Shown: positions 1 through 7,114 of the stretch, piece after piece
Layout: the number at the start of each line of letters is the position of its first letter
Position numbering within the stretch: position 1 is the stretch's first letter
Origin: a virus
Taxonomy: Duplodnaviria; Caudoviricetes
Length of the DNA stretch: 29,965 nt
Strand: one strand, 5' to 3'
IMG/VR virus record: IMGVR_UViG_3300044846_001141
Coordinates: 1 to 29,965 of that record
The notes under the pieces: generated by a model
Told to the model about the DNA's origin: nothing
Seen by the model: the letters and a program-made list of their open reading frames with translations, nothing else
Databases searched by the model: none
Program-made: the position numbers and the translations under genes

Positions 1-183
1 TTGGTTTATTCCATATTCACAAAGCGCGTTCGCTAAAATGAAAAGATTGTTGTTTCGTTCACCTGATTTGAAACCGAATTTGCTATCCCACCATTTCAAC
101 AAACGACGAATGATTTCGTCTTCGTCGGTCAACGGCAAAATTGGATTTCGTTCAAAAACTGAATGTCCTTCTTCTTCGGTTAA
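1..183. repeat. Terminal direct repeat, copy 1 (circular overlap)
   Basis: Matches 29783-29965 except at 127 (g vs c at 29909) and 157 (a vs t at 29939). Confidence 0.97.
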
Positions 184-717
184 TTTTTCCCAAACTTTTG
201 CTTCTTCATTAATATACAAGTCCGGATCATAACTTTCAAAGCAAACACGACTTAAATTTGAATTCTTGAAATCGAAATAATCGCTTTCAAAATATTCGCC
301 AAATGATTTGAAATAACGTTTGTGAGTTTCTTTGTCACATTTAGGAATTCGAATCAATGCTTTCAATCCGTTTCCACTTGGCGATTCAAATACCGAAAAC
401 ACGAATTCGCAATTCATTAGTTTTTGACGTTCTTCGTTTTGCTTTTCAATGGATTCGTATTTATCAAAGTCCAAAATGCAAAGGCCGGAATGCTCAATCA
501 ATGAATTGTCGTTCCTTGCTGAAAACGTTCCATTGAATAGAATTGAAAGTAATGAATTTTTTAGATTCTTTTTTTCTTCGCAATCATTCATTTTGCGAAT
601 TTTTAAAATTTTATCTTTTGACGTTCCATTTTTGATTCGTGCTAAAACTTTAAGCACGTCAACCTCAAACGGGACGTCGTCACTTTTATATAGTGATTTG
701 AAAACTGAAATATTCAT
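1..717 (-). CDS. Primase-helicase, N-terminal part (VirE_N/BT4734-like primase domain); continues across the junction into 29782..28139
   Basis: Missed by the ORF track. ATG at 717 reads MNISVFKSLYKSDD...HSGLCILDFD...FESPSGNGLKALIRI...SRVCFESYDPDLYIN. It is in frame with 28139..29920 (717-138=579 nt), giving 786 aa in total. Confidence 0.85.
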   Translation of the reverse strand, partial: MNISVFKSLYKSDDVPFEVDVLKVLARIKNGTSKDKILKIRKMNDCEEKKNLKNSLLSILFNGTFSARNDNSLIEHSGLCILDFDKYESIEKQNEERQKLMNCEFVFSVFESPSGNGLKALIRIPKCDKETHKRYFKSFGEYFESDYFDFKNSNLSRVCFESYDPDLYINEEAKVWEKLTEEEGHSVFERNPILPLTDEDEIIRRLLKWWDSKFGFKSGERNNNLFILANALCEYGINQ

Positions 718-734
718 TTTTTAATAGTTTTTAT

Positions 735-834
735 ATTAGACGCAAAGACGCAAATTTTTCGAAATTTTCAACCACTTACAAAAACTTTGTTCTTTTAGAA
801 ACGCACATAAAGAAACTTTGACTTTGCGTCACGC
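735..834. promoter_or_regulatory. Iteron cluster A (GACGCAAA at 739 and 747, inverted copy at 823)
   Basis: Directly seen just upstream of the primase start. The same motif is clustered at 21812-22067. Confidence 0.6.
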
Positions 835-916
835 GTTCACACGCATTCATAATTGAATTGTTATCGTTTAAGTGAACTGATTGAATTTTTGTCAACCAAT
901 TATAAAATCTTTGCAT
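776..916 (-). CDS. Possible small hypothetical protein (MQRFYNWLTKI...)
   Basis: 3' part of ORF 776..994, starting just after the upstream gene's stop. It overlaps the iteron cluster, so coding status is uncertain. Confidence 0.3.
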   Translation of the reverse strand: MQRFYNWLTKIQSVHLNDNNSIMNACERVTQSQSFFMCVSKRTKFL

Positions 917-926
917 TTGCTCAATT

Positions 927-1124
927 TTAGATTTTTGATTTGATTGCGTTGAGGTTGTCGATTTCATTGTTAATTTCGTTTTTGATTGCTTCATTAAAAT
1001 TGTTCGGTAGTTTTCCCAATTGATAAAAAATCGCGTTGTAAATTGTTTGCGTTTTTTTATTCATTTTGTCAATTGCACGTTTTCGAACGTGTGACGGAAT
1101 TGATTTGTAAGTTTTAGGATTCAT
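927..1124 (-). CDS. Hypothetical protein (65 aa, start MNPKTY)
   Basis: ORF track 927..1199. The ATG at 1124 overlaps the end of the upstream gene and follows an A-rich leader. Confidence 0.6.
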   Translation of the reverse strand: MNPKTYKSIPSHVRKRAIDKMNKKTQTIYNAIFYQLGKLPNNFNEAIKNEINNEIDNLNAIKSKI

Positions 1125-1581
1125 TTTTTTTATAAATTTGATTATTAATTTTGTAAAAATTTTCAAGTTTAAACATAACGTCCGGATTTTCATTTGCAAG
1201 TTTAATCAAATTTTCGAAAAAAGGATCAATATTTGATTGTTTTTCAATTTCAATTTTTGATTTTTCTTCTTCAATTTTCTTTTTTTCTTGTTGCAAAAGA
1301 ATTAAATCAATTGACATTCCGTCCAATAACATTAAAACTTTTTCGTGTATGTCAAATAAATATTCATTTTTAATTAATGGATAAATTTTATATAAATGAA
1401 TAATTGAACAATGACCAAGTCCAATTCCTTCGCCAATTTCACGAAGCGTCAAAACTTTTTTGTTTTTTAAAATTGTAGCATAAACCGATTTTAATTCTAC
1501 TATTTCGCGTTTTCTTGACTTGGTATTGATATTGATTCCGGTCAAGTTATAAATGTGTTTAATTACTTCATTTTGTATCAT
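1114..1581 (-). CDS. DNA-binding protein with DnaA C-terminal (domain IV)-like HTH
   Basis: KSRKREIVELK...LTLREIGEGIGLGHCSIIH resembles the DnaA domain IV pattern R.R.I...R...SL..IG..FG..HTTV.H, followed by a coiled-coil segment. Confidence 0.6.
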   Translation of the reverse strand: MIQNEVIKHIYNLTGININTKSRKREIVELKSVYATILKNKKVLTLREIGEGIGLGHCSIIHLYKIYPLIKNEYLFDIHEKVLMLLDGMSIDLILLQQEKKKIEEEKSKIEIEKQSNIDPFFENLIKLANENPDVMFKLENFYKINNQIYKKNES

Positions 1582-1597
1582 AACTTCATTATTTTTT

Positions 1598-1635
1598 AAA
1601 AATCGGTTTCACCTATACGACCGAAAAGGTTTTTG
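1598..1635 (-). other. Structured intergenic RNA element (pseudoknot or terminator-like hairpin)
   Basis: Minus strand ACCT-TT-TCGGT-CGTAT-AGGT-GAA-ACCGA-TTTTT has crossing pairings ACCT/AGGT and TCGGT/ACCGA. Confidence 0.4.
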
Positions 1636-1639
1636 TTCA

Positions 1640-2305
1640 TTAAAATAAATCTGAAGTGTCGATGTCGTCAATTACTTCTTCGTCTTTAACTTCCATTTGT
1701 TTTGACAAATATCCGTCAATATAAGATTTTAAAATATTGTATGCTTCGTCCGCCAATTTAGATTGTGAATCGTTCAAAGACGTTGCGAATTTGAATTCAG
1801 GAATTGAATATTCAACTTTTCCTTTTTTCAATTCAACCGCGTTTGCAACTTCAATCCATTCGTCGCTTAAACGTGAACGAGTTTTTTGTGTGAAATCTCC
1901 CCACGCTTGAACGCCACTCCCTTTGATGTTAATATTTGCAATCGTTCCGTCTTCTAACATTACATAAATTGATTTTGTGTAATGTCCGCCCATTGCAACA
2001 ATGGTTTCTTTGATTTCTTTGTAAATACCTTTTACACTTTGATTGCCTTTAAAAAGACGAACGTTCAATTCGTCATTACCAATTGATTTGACTTCATTCG
2101 AATAAACTCCGGATTGATTTTTGTCATTCCACCCTTTGATTGTGTGAAATTCCATAAGTGTCAAAAACTTCATTGGCAATGCCAATTTAACATTTTCTTT
2201 TTTGTCTTTGTCGTAATACGCAAAGCATTTGTCGTCTGATTTCCATTCTAAATATAATTTAGTCGGATTTGAACTTGTTGTTTGAAATTCTGATTGTCTG
2301 CTCAT
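1640..2305 (-). CDS. Putative single-stranded DNA-binding protein
   Basis: 221 aa, aromatic and beta-rich core, acidic tail ending in Phe (DEEVIDDIDTSDLF), located in the early replication region. Confidence 0.55.
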   Translation of the reverse strand: MSRQSEFQTTSSNPTKLYLEWKSDDKCFAYYDKDKKENVKLALPMKFLTLMEFHTIKGWNDKNQSGVYSNEVKSIGNDELNVRLFKGNQSVKGIYKEIKETIVAMGGHYTKSIYVMLEDGTIANINIKGSGVQAWGDFTQKTRSRLSDEWIEVANAVELKKGKVEYSIPEFKFATSLNDSQSKLADEAYNILKSYIDGYLSKQMEVKDEEVIDDIDTSDLF

Positions 2306-2310
2306 TTTAA

Positions 2311-2745
2311 TTAAAATTTAATGGTTATTGAATTTTTTCTTGAGGTTGTCCCCACTTTTGGAACTTCGTTCCCGTATGCGTCGAAAATAACGGATTTTTG
2401 CGCTATCTTCAAAAGTTCTTCGCGTTCTTTTAGATCCTTTTTCAATTCTCTATAAACTTCGTCTTCTTCAAAGTTAATTGTTTGACCGCCGTTTGTTGGA
2501 TTGAATTCAACGCCGTTCAATGTTAACTTTTCAGATAACACAATTGATTCACGCAATTGCGCGTCCATTGCGTTAATAGTTTCTTTAATCTTTGCAACCT
2601 TTGTCCAAAATTCGATTTTGTCAATGTCGCCACTTTCAATGACTGAATTCACGATTTCTTTGCCACGTGAAATGTAGTCTTTTTTTCCAAAGTTAATCGG
2701 GAATGATTCTTGTTCCCGCATTAGTTCAAATAGTTGTTTGCTCAT
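2311..2745 (-). CDS. Hypothetical phage protein (144 aa)
   Basis: ORF track; ATGA-coupled to the upstream small ORF. Confidence 0.8.
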   Translation of the reverse strand: MSKQLFELMREQESFPINFGKKDYISRGKEIVNSVIESGDIDKIEFWTKVAKIKETINAMDAQLRESIVLSEKLTLNGVEFNPTNGGQTINFEEDEVYRELKKDLKEREELLKIAQKSVIFDAYGNEVPKVGTTSRKNSITIKF

Positions 2746-2882
2746 AATTTTTCAATAAATTGTTTGATTTGGTTTAATTTTTTTACTTCATAAGTTCGTT
2801 CGCGATATTCGGCCAACGAAATAAGAATTTCAAGCGTTGAAATTTGCAATTCTTTTTCTAATTGTTTCAATTCTTCATTCAT
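2742..2882 (-). CDS. Small hypothetical protein (46 aa, MNEELKQLEK...)
   Basis: Read manually; ATGA overlaps at both ends. Confidence 0.7.
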   Translation of the reverse strand: MNEELKQLEKELQISTLEILISLAEYRERTYEVKKLNQIKQFIEKL

Positions 2883-3010
2883 TTTGATTCGGTGTTTTTA
2901 AGTTCTAAATAAATAAAATAAAAGCATACCAAAAAAGAAGTGGTCATAACGAATAAATTTTCGGTGTGCATTGCAATAGTTGCTGATAAAATGCCAAAGA
3001 TTGTTTTCAT
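2879..3010 (-). CDS. Small membrane peptide (43 aa, MKTIFGILSATIAM...FLVCFYFIYL)
   Basis: Read manually; hydrophobic; TGA overlaps the next ATG. Confidence 0.65.
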   Translation of the reverse strand: MKTIFGILSATIAMHTENLFVMTTSFLVCFYFIYLELKNTESK

Positions 3011-3028
3011 AATTATTGATTTTAATTT

Positions 3029-3253
3029 TTAATTATTAATTTTAAATTTCAATTCGTCTAAAATATTATATATATCATTCATTGATATTTCGCCAATATG
3101 ATATAAATTAATTAAGTTTTTAAATTCTTGATTGCAAAAATCATTTAATAAATTTCTATTTTTTAAATCAAATATTACATTTTTTAAATTTTTAATACTT
3201 GATACATTGTCAATCAATGTGTTAGCTTCTAAAATTGTATTAATATATGTCAT
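3029..3253 (-). CDS. Hypothetical protein, first gene of the early operon (74 aa, very AT-rich)
   Basis: ORF track; directly downstream of the candidate promoter. Confidence 0.65.
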   Translation of the reverse strand: MTYINTILEANTLIDNVSSIKNLKNVIFDLKNRNLLNDFCNQEFKNLINLYHIGEISMNDIYNILDELKFKINN

Positions 3254-3273
3254 TTTGTTGTTGTTTGATGTGG

Positions 3274-3303
3274 CTAAATTAATACTTTTTTTATTAATAC
3301 AAA
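3274..3303 (-). promoter_or_regulatory. Candidate Bacteroidota housekeeping-sigma early promoter
   Basis: TTTG (3303-3300), 18-nt spacer, TAATTTAG (3281-3274). One mismatch to the -33 TTTG / -7 TAnnTTTG consensus. Confidence 0.55.
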
Positions 3304-3333
3304 ATTTATTATTAAAAAAGTTGCAAAAAAATG

Positions 3334-3358
3334 CTAATTTATAACAATTCTAAATAAG
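3334..3358. promoter_or_regulatory. Fur-box-like operator, degenerate copy
   Basis: CTAATTTATAAC-A-ATTCTAAATAAG. The right arm is 12/12 identical to the perfect palindrome at 21725-21749. Confidence 0.55.
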
Positions 3359-3363
3359 AGAAT

Positions 3364-4485
3364 TTAAAATATATGCGTCAATCGTGCGATTTGACCGAAT
3401 TCTTTGTGGTGAATAAATCCTTCAATTGCCTTTGGTGCGTGTTGATATCCGTTGCGGTGATGCCAAGAATCAGTCCCACTTGGCGAACGCAAACTTTCAA
3501 TCGTGCAACCGATAAAATCTTTTGCGATTTTATGGTGAACGTGGTGCGTATATATATATCGATGTTTCACGCTTGACCATTGAGTCGATTCCGAAGCCAT
3601 AAGCAAAGGAAGATTTTCAAGTTTTGCGCCGTCGCCGTGTGTTGATCCAATTAAGTTGTTGTAGTATTTGAAGTATTTACGATGTGAAATCGAAATATCA
3701 AATGTAATATTGTCGCAGTCTTTAAAATATGATTCAATCACTTGCGCCAAAAAAAATCCGTTTGTGTAATCGTGATTTGAAGGATTGAAAACGAAGTGAA
3801 CGTCGGCAATAGAAACCAACGTTTGCAATACGTCAACATATAATTGCTTTGCCAACATAAAGTTTTCATACCACATTCCGTCCGTGTCTTGGGGCGTTCC
3901 GCTTGTTGTTGTTCTTTTTGGGTTGTCAATATGCAAAATATCATTTCCGCCAATGAAAACAATTTTATCAATATTGAATCCGGACGACTTATCCAGGATT
4001 CCGCGCACTCCTTCCAAAGTTCGTTGAATTGCAATGCTTGAATTGTATTTTTCGCCCGTTTCCCATTCGTTGCATAATTTACCAACGTGAATGTCCGCCG
4101 GTGACAATACCAAGCAATGACCCTCATTTGTGTATTGGCGTTCTATTTTAGGGAAAACCGGTGCAAATTGTTTGATGTCTTCAATTAATGCACTCGACAA
4201 CAATTCAAATTCTTGTATTTCCGGCTCAATATAGTTTGGATTCTTTACGAATAACGAAGAATTTTTGTCTTTAAGCCATAAATGTTTGACGTTTTTGTCG
4301 TCAATATTTAAGTTTTGACACGCATCAACAATACCGCTTGAATCGATTTTTCTTTTTAAAGCACGTCTTAAAGTGTCCTTTTCAATATTAGATAAATTTA
4401 AGTTGTGTTTTTTTACGATGTTTTGAAAGTTTTCAAGGTGATTTTTTGAAAAATCAATGTCGTCGAAGTAAAGTTTTGAATCCAT
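3364..4485 (-). CDS. Calcineurin-like metallophosphoesterase
   Basis: Motifs DIHVG, GGND(ILH), SNHD, THGD and HHVHH in canonical order, with a ~120-aa N-terminal extension. Confidence 0.85.
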   Translation of the reverse strand: MDSKLYFDDIDFSKNHLENFQNIVKKHNLNLSNIEKDTLRRALKRKIDSSGIVDACQNLNIDDKNVKHLWLKDKNSSLFVKNPNYIEPEIQEFELLSSALIEDIKQFAPVFPKIERQYTNEGHCLVLSPADIHVGKLCNEWETGEKYNSSIAIQRTLEGVRGILDKSSGFNIDKIVFIGGNDILHIDNPKRTTTSGTPQDTDGMWYENFMLAKQLYVDVLQTLVSIADVHFVFNPSNHDYTNGFFLAQVIESYFKDCDNITFDISISHRKYFKYYNNLIGSTHGDGAKLENLPLLMASESTQWSSVKHRYIYTHHVHHKIAKDFIGCTIESLRSPSGTDSWHHRNGYQHAPKAIEGFIHHKEFGQIARLTHIF

Positions 4486-4519
4486 AATTTGGTTTTATGG
4501 TGCTAAATATACAATAAAA

Positions 4520-4639
4520 TTATATCTTTTTATAATTTTTTGAATTTTTTAATTTAGAAGTCTTTGATTTTGCGTGAATTCCCGGTCTTTTCTTCTTCGG
4601 TTTTTCGATTTTATTAGTTGAATTTATTTGCTTTGCCAT
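4520..4639 (-). CDS. Highly basic 39-aa peptide at the end of the lysis cassette
   Basis: Read manually: MAKQINSTNKIEKPKKKRPGIHAKSKTSKLKNSKNYKKI. The start overlaps the upstream gene's end. Confidence 0.65.
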   Translation of the reverse strand: MAKQINSTNKIEKPKKKRPGIHAKSKTSKLKNSKNYKKI

Positions 4640-5043
4640 AATTTGTGCGTAAAATTGAACGTTAAATGCGGTTTGTTATTGAATGGAATATTCATTTGTA
4701 ATGAAAATATTGTCTTTGAAGTACCGAAGTTTAAATTCGTAAATAAAAAAGGCGTGTTCACGAAATAAGAAGCACCAACGTTTTGTGAAAATCTAAATTT
4801 ATCAATCAACAATTTGCGTTGCGATTCAATTATAATGTTTTGTTCGGTTTGTTTTGATTCCAATAATACAATCAATTCGTTTTGTTTTTTGACTTGGTCT
4901 TTGCAAACGTCAAATTGAATTAATTCTTTTACAATATTACGGGCGTATTCAATTGGAATTCTTATTATCGTATCGTTTTGACAAAAAGATTTCCAAGTCA
5001 GTAGGTTGAAAATGATTAATAGAATCAACGTTCGTTTTTTCAT
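4624..5043 (-). CDS. Secreted coiled-coil protein in the o-spanin position
   Basis: Start MKKRTLILLIIFNLLTWKSFC|QND (signal peptide), then a coiled coil and an amphipathic beta-type C-terminus. Overlaps the upstream gene by 95 nt. Confidence 0.55.
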   Translation of the reverse strand: MKKRTLILLIIFNLLTWKSFCQNDTIIRIPIEYARNIVKELIQFDVCKDQVKKQNELIVLLESKQTEQNIIIESQRKLLIDKFRFSQNVGASYFVNTPFLFTNLNFGTSKTIFSLQMNIPFNNKPHLTFNFTHKLWQSK

Positions 5044-5221
5044 AGTTTGGAATTTGTTGTTTTGCTTGTTTGATTTCAAATTGAATTGAATCTATTTTCT
5101 TTTCGCTTTGAATTATATCGTTTTTTTGCGATTTCCCGCTACTTCTAAATAAAATCAACAAAAGTATTATTGAAATATAAATAGCGTCCCTATATCGTAA
5201 AATAAGCGTTAAATTCGTCAT
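4949..5221 (-). CDS. Putative i-spanin (Rz-like)
   Basis: Single N-terminal TM (AIYISIILLLILF) followed by a coiled coil; immediately after the endolysin. Confidence 0.55.
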   Translation of the reverse strand: MTNLTLILRYRDAIYISIILLLILFRSSGKSQKNDIIQSEKKIDSIQFEIKQAKQQIPNYEKTNVDSINHFQPTDLEIFLSKRYDNKNSN

Positions 5222-5639
5222 TTCTTCTTTTTATTAAACCATTAAGAACAACCCCGTTTGCCTTTGTCCATTTCATAAATTCATTTTTTATATTTGGATC
5301 GTTCGGGTTTGCATTGACTAATTTTAATAATGTCGATTTTTTAAAGTTTGCAACCCCTACATTATAAGCAAATGAAACCAATGCGTTAAATTGATTTTGT
5401 GTTAAGTTAGAAGTCACACTTTGCGAAACTGATTTTGCGAATCGGTCAGCAATTTCTTTGAACATTTCAAAAGCGCGTTCCTTTGTAATTGGATTGTCAA
5501 GCAATGTCACCTTTGTTCCGTCTTCATAGTAAGTGTTTCCGTAGCCAATTGTCGGAACTTTTGCCGGACACAAATAAGGTTTTAAAACTAATCCTTCGTG
5601 CTTCGTTATTTGCTTATAACCTTCGTTATTCAGTTTCAT
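5190..5639 (-). CDS. Endolysin, GH24 (T4-like) lysozyme
   Basis: HEGLVLKPYLCPAKVPTIGYG (E-x8-C-x5-T triad), ALVSFAYNVG, GLIKRR. The likely start is MKLNNEG at 5639. Confidence 0.93.
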   Translation of the reverse strand: MKLNNEGYKQITKHEGLVLKPYLCPAKVPTIGYGNTYYEDGTKVTLLDNPITKERAFEMFKEIADRFAKSVSQSVTSNLTQNQFNALVSFAYNVGVANFKKSTLLKLVNANPNDPNIKNEFMKWTKANGVVLNGLIKRRNDEFNAYFTI

Positions 5640-5793
5640 TTTTTTTATTTTTATTGGATAATAAATCAAATATTTTTAAAATAGTGTAAAAAATTGAAAT
5701 ACATAAAAGAATTATTTTTAATGTGTTTTCAATATTCGTGAAACTGATCGCCATTGTAATGGTGTTCAATGCGTAAAGTTTTAAATCATTCAT
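5626..5793 (-). CDS. Holin/antiholin-like membrane protein (55 aa)
   Basis: Read manually: MNDLKLYALNTITMAISF...KIILLCISIFYTILKIF...KNKKNETE. Hydrophobic with a charged tail; overlaps the lysozyme start. Confidence 0.65.
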   Translation of the reverse strand: MNDLKLYALNTITMAISFTNIENTLKIILLCISIFYTILKIFDLLSNKNKKNETE

Positions 5794-5989
5794 TGACATT
5801 TTTTGCCTTCATTAAACGTTCCACAATATCGGTTGCGCCTTGAATTGCAACATACATTGTCGCAACAATAACCCAGTCCGCACTTTCTATTTTCCCAGCA
5901 AATAAACCAATTGAAGCAATTGTCAAAATCATAAGTTTACGCGACAACCATTTCGTTAAAAACAAATCTATTTTTTCTTTTCTACTCAT
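5786..5989 (-). CDS. Putative holin (67 aa, two TM segments)
   Basis: SRKLMILTIASIGLFAG and WVIVATMYVAIQG. The likely start is MSRKEK at 5989. Confidence 0.65.
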   Translation of the reverse strand: MSRKEKIDLFLTKWLSRKLMILTIASIGLFAGKIESADWVIVATMYVAIQGATDIVERLMKAKNVNE

Positions 5990-6143
5990 TTTTACATTCT
6001 TTTTGACACGCTTGTTGACCTTGCTCAACAATTGCTGATAATTCTTTTAATGCCTTAATAATTACGTCAATTTCTTGTAAATTATAAACTCCTTTTGTAA
6101 CTGCCAAATTTATAGCTTGCTCAATTATTTGTAATTTTTCCAT
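5982..6143 (-). CDS. Small hypothetical protein (53 aa, MEKLQIIEQAINLA...)
   Basis: Read manually; fills the gap between 6146 and the holin exactly. Confidence 0.7.
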   Translation of the reverse strand: MEKLQIIEQAINLAVTKGVYNLQEIDVIIKALKELSAIVEQGQQACQKECKNE

Positions 6144-6145
6144 AA

Positions 6146-6463
6146 TTATTTTTTAAATGGTTGATTAATTTTTATTTCAATTGGGTTTTCAATTAAATTA
6201 ATTTCGTTTTCCAAACTTTCATTTAATTCGTTAACGTCTAAATTTGATTCACACCAATTAATCACGTCGTTTTCAGTTAATTCGTTTAAAGCAATAAAGT
6301 TTTTTTTGTTTGGATTTTCAAGTATTAAAACTCCGTAATTAGAAACTACAATGTCATTTTTTTTGGCTTCATATTGCCAATGCACGTTGCAAACAACGTC
6401 TTTTAAATCTTCTACAATAGCTTTGCAATCAAAAGCCGAAATTGTCCATTTATAAGTTATCAT
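6146..6463 (-). CDS. Tail-fibre-associated hypothetical protein (105 aa)
   Basis: ORF track; acidic; directly follows the fibre genes. Confidence 0.6.
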   Translation of the reverse strand: MITYKWTISAFDCKAIVEDLKDVVCNVHWQYEAKKNDIVVSNYGVLILENPNKKNFIALNELTENDVINWCESNLDVNELNESLENEINLIENPIEIKINQPFKK

Positions 6464-6477
6464 ATTTTTTATTTTTA

Positions 6478-7113
6478 TTATTCAACGAAATCAATATTTA
6501 TAGATTTTATATTAAATGTATTTCCGTTTGGTTGTAAATCAATATAAACTTCGTTGTTTGAATTTGAAAAAGTTAATAAACCATTAAAAGGAATCAAATC
6601 AACACTTTGTCTTCTATCAGTTCGGCTGTCTTTGCTGACGCTATAATTTCCATTGACAACAAAATTATATTCACCATTATCATTAATAAAAAAAGTCATT
6701 TCAACGTCTAAATACCAATCCCTCCATTTATGCAGACCTCCCTGATGAACTAATTGTTCGTTATAATTAGAAATAATACTTTGTATTTCAGAATGAGAAG
6801 TATCAAAAACACCAAGTTTAAAATTAAACCAACCGCCGTTGTCATTAAAAACACCATTCATTTTGATTCTAAAACTATCAAAATTTTCAAGTTTACTTAC
6901 ATTTATTAAATTTGTTCCTTTGTAATTACTTGCGTTAGATGAAATAAATTCATATATAATATTGTTATTTTCTGCAACATTAAAAATTCCCGAATCATCT
7001 GGCCTAGATTCTAATTGAGAAGCCTTAAAAATTCTTACTATGTCCCACCCTTTTACCTTTTGCGTTTGATAAGTTGGTCTATCAATTACATTTATTATTT
7101 GTTGTGCCGGCAT
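6478..7113 (-). CDS. Hypothetical beta-rich protein, possible second receptor-binding module
   Basis: 211 aa; its N-terminus MPAQQIINV resembles the tail fibre's MAQQTINV. Confidence 0.5.
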   Translation of the reverse strand: MPAQQIINVIDRPTYQTQKVKGWDIVRIFKASQLESRPDDSGIFNVAENNNIIYEFISSNASNYKGTNLINVSKLENFDSFRIKMNGVFNDNGGWFNFKLGVFDTSHSEIQSIISNYNEQLVHQGGLHKWRDWYLDVEMTFFINDNGEYNFVVNGNYSVSKDSRTDRRQSVDLIPFNGLLTFSNSNNEVYIDLQPNGNTFNIKSINIDFVE

Positions 7114-7114
7114 T

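Noticed and set aside
3738-4127. Alternative-frame minus-strand ORFs nested in larger genes (also 14702..15022, 19641..19844, 22521..22814)
   Set aside because: No start context, slippery site or protein-like features, unlike 20913..21182.
5540-5600. Cys in place of Asp in the lysozyme catalytic triad as a novelty
   Set aside because: E-x8-C-x5-T is a known GH24 variant (e.g. P1 Lyz).
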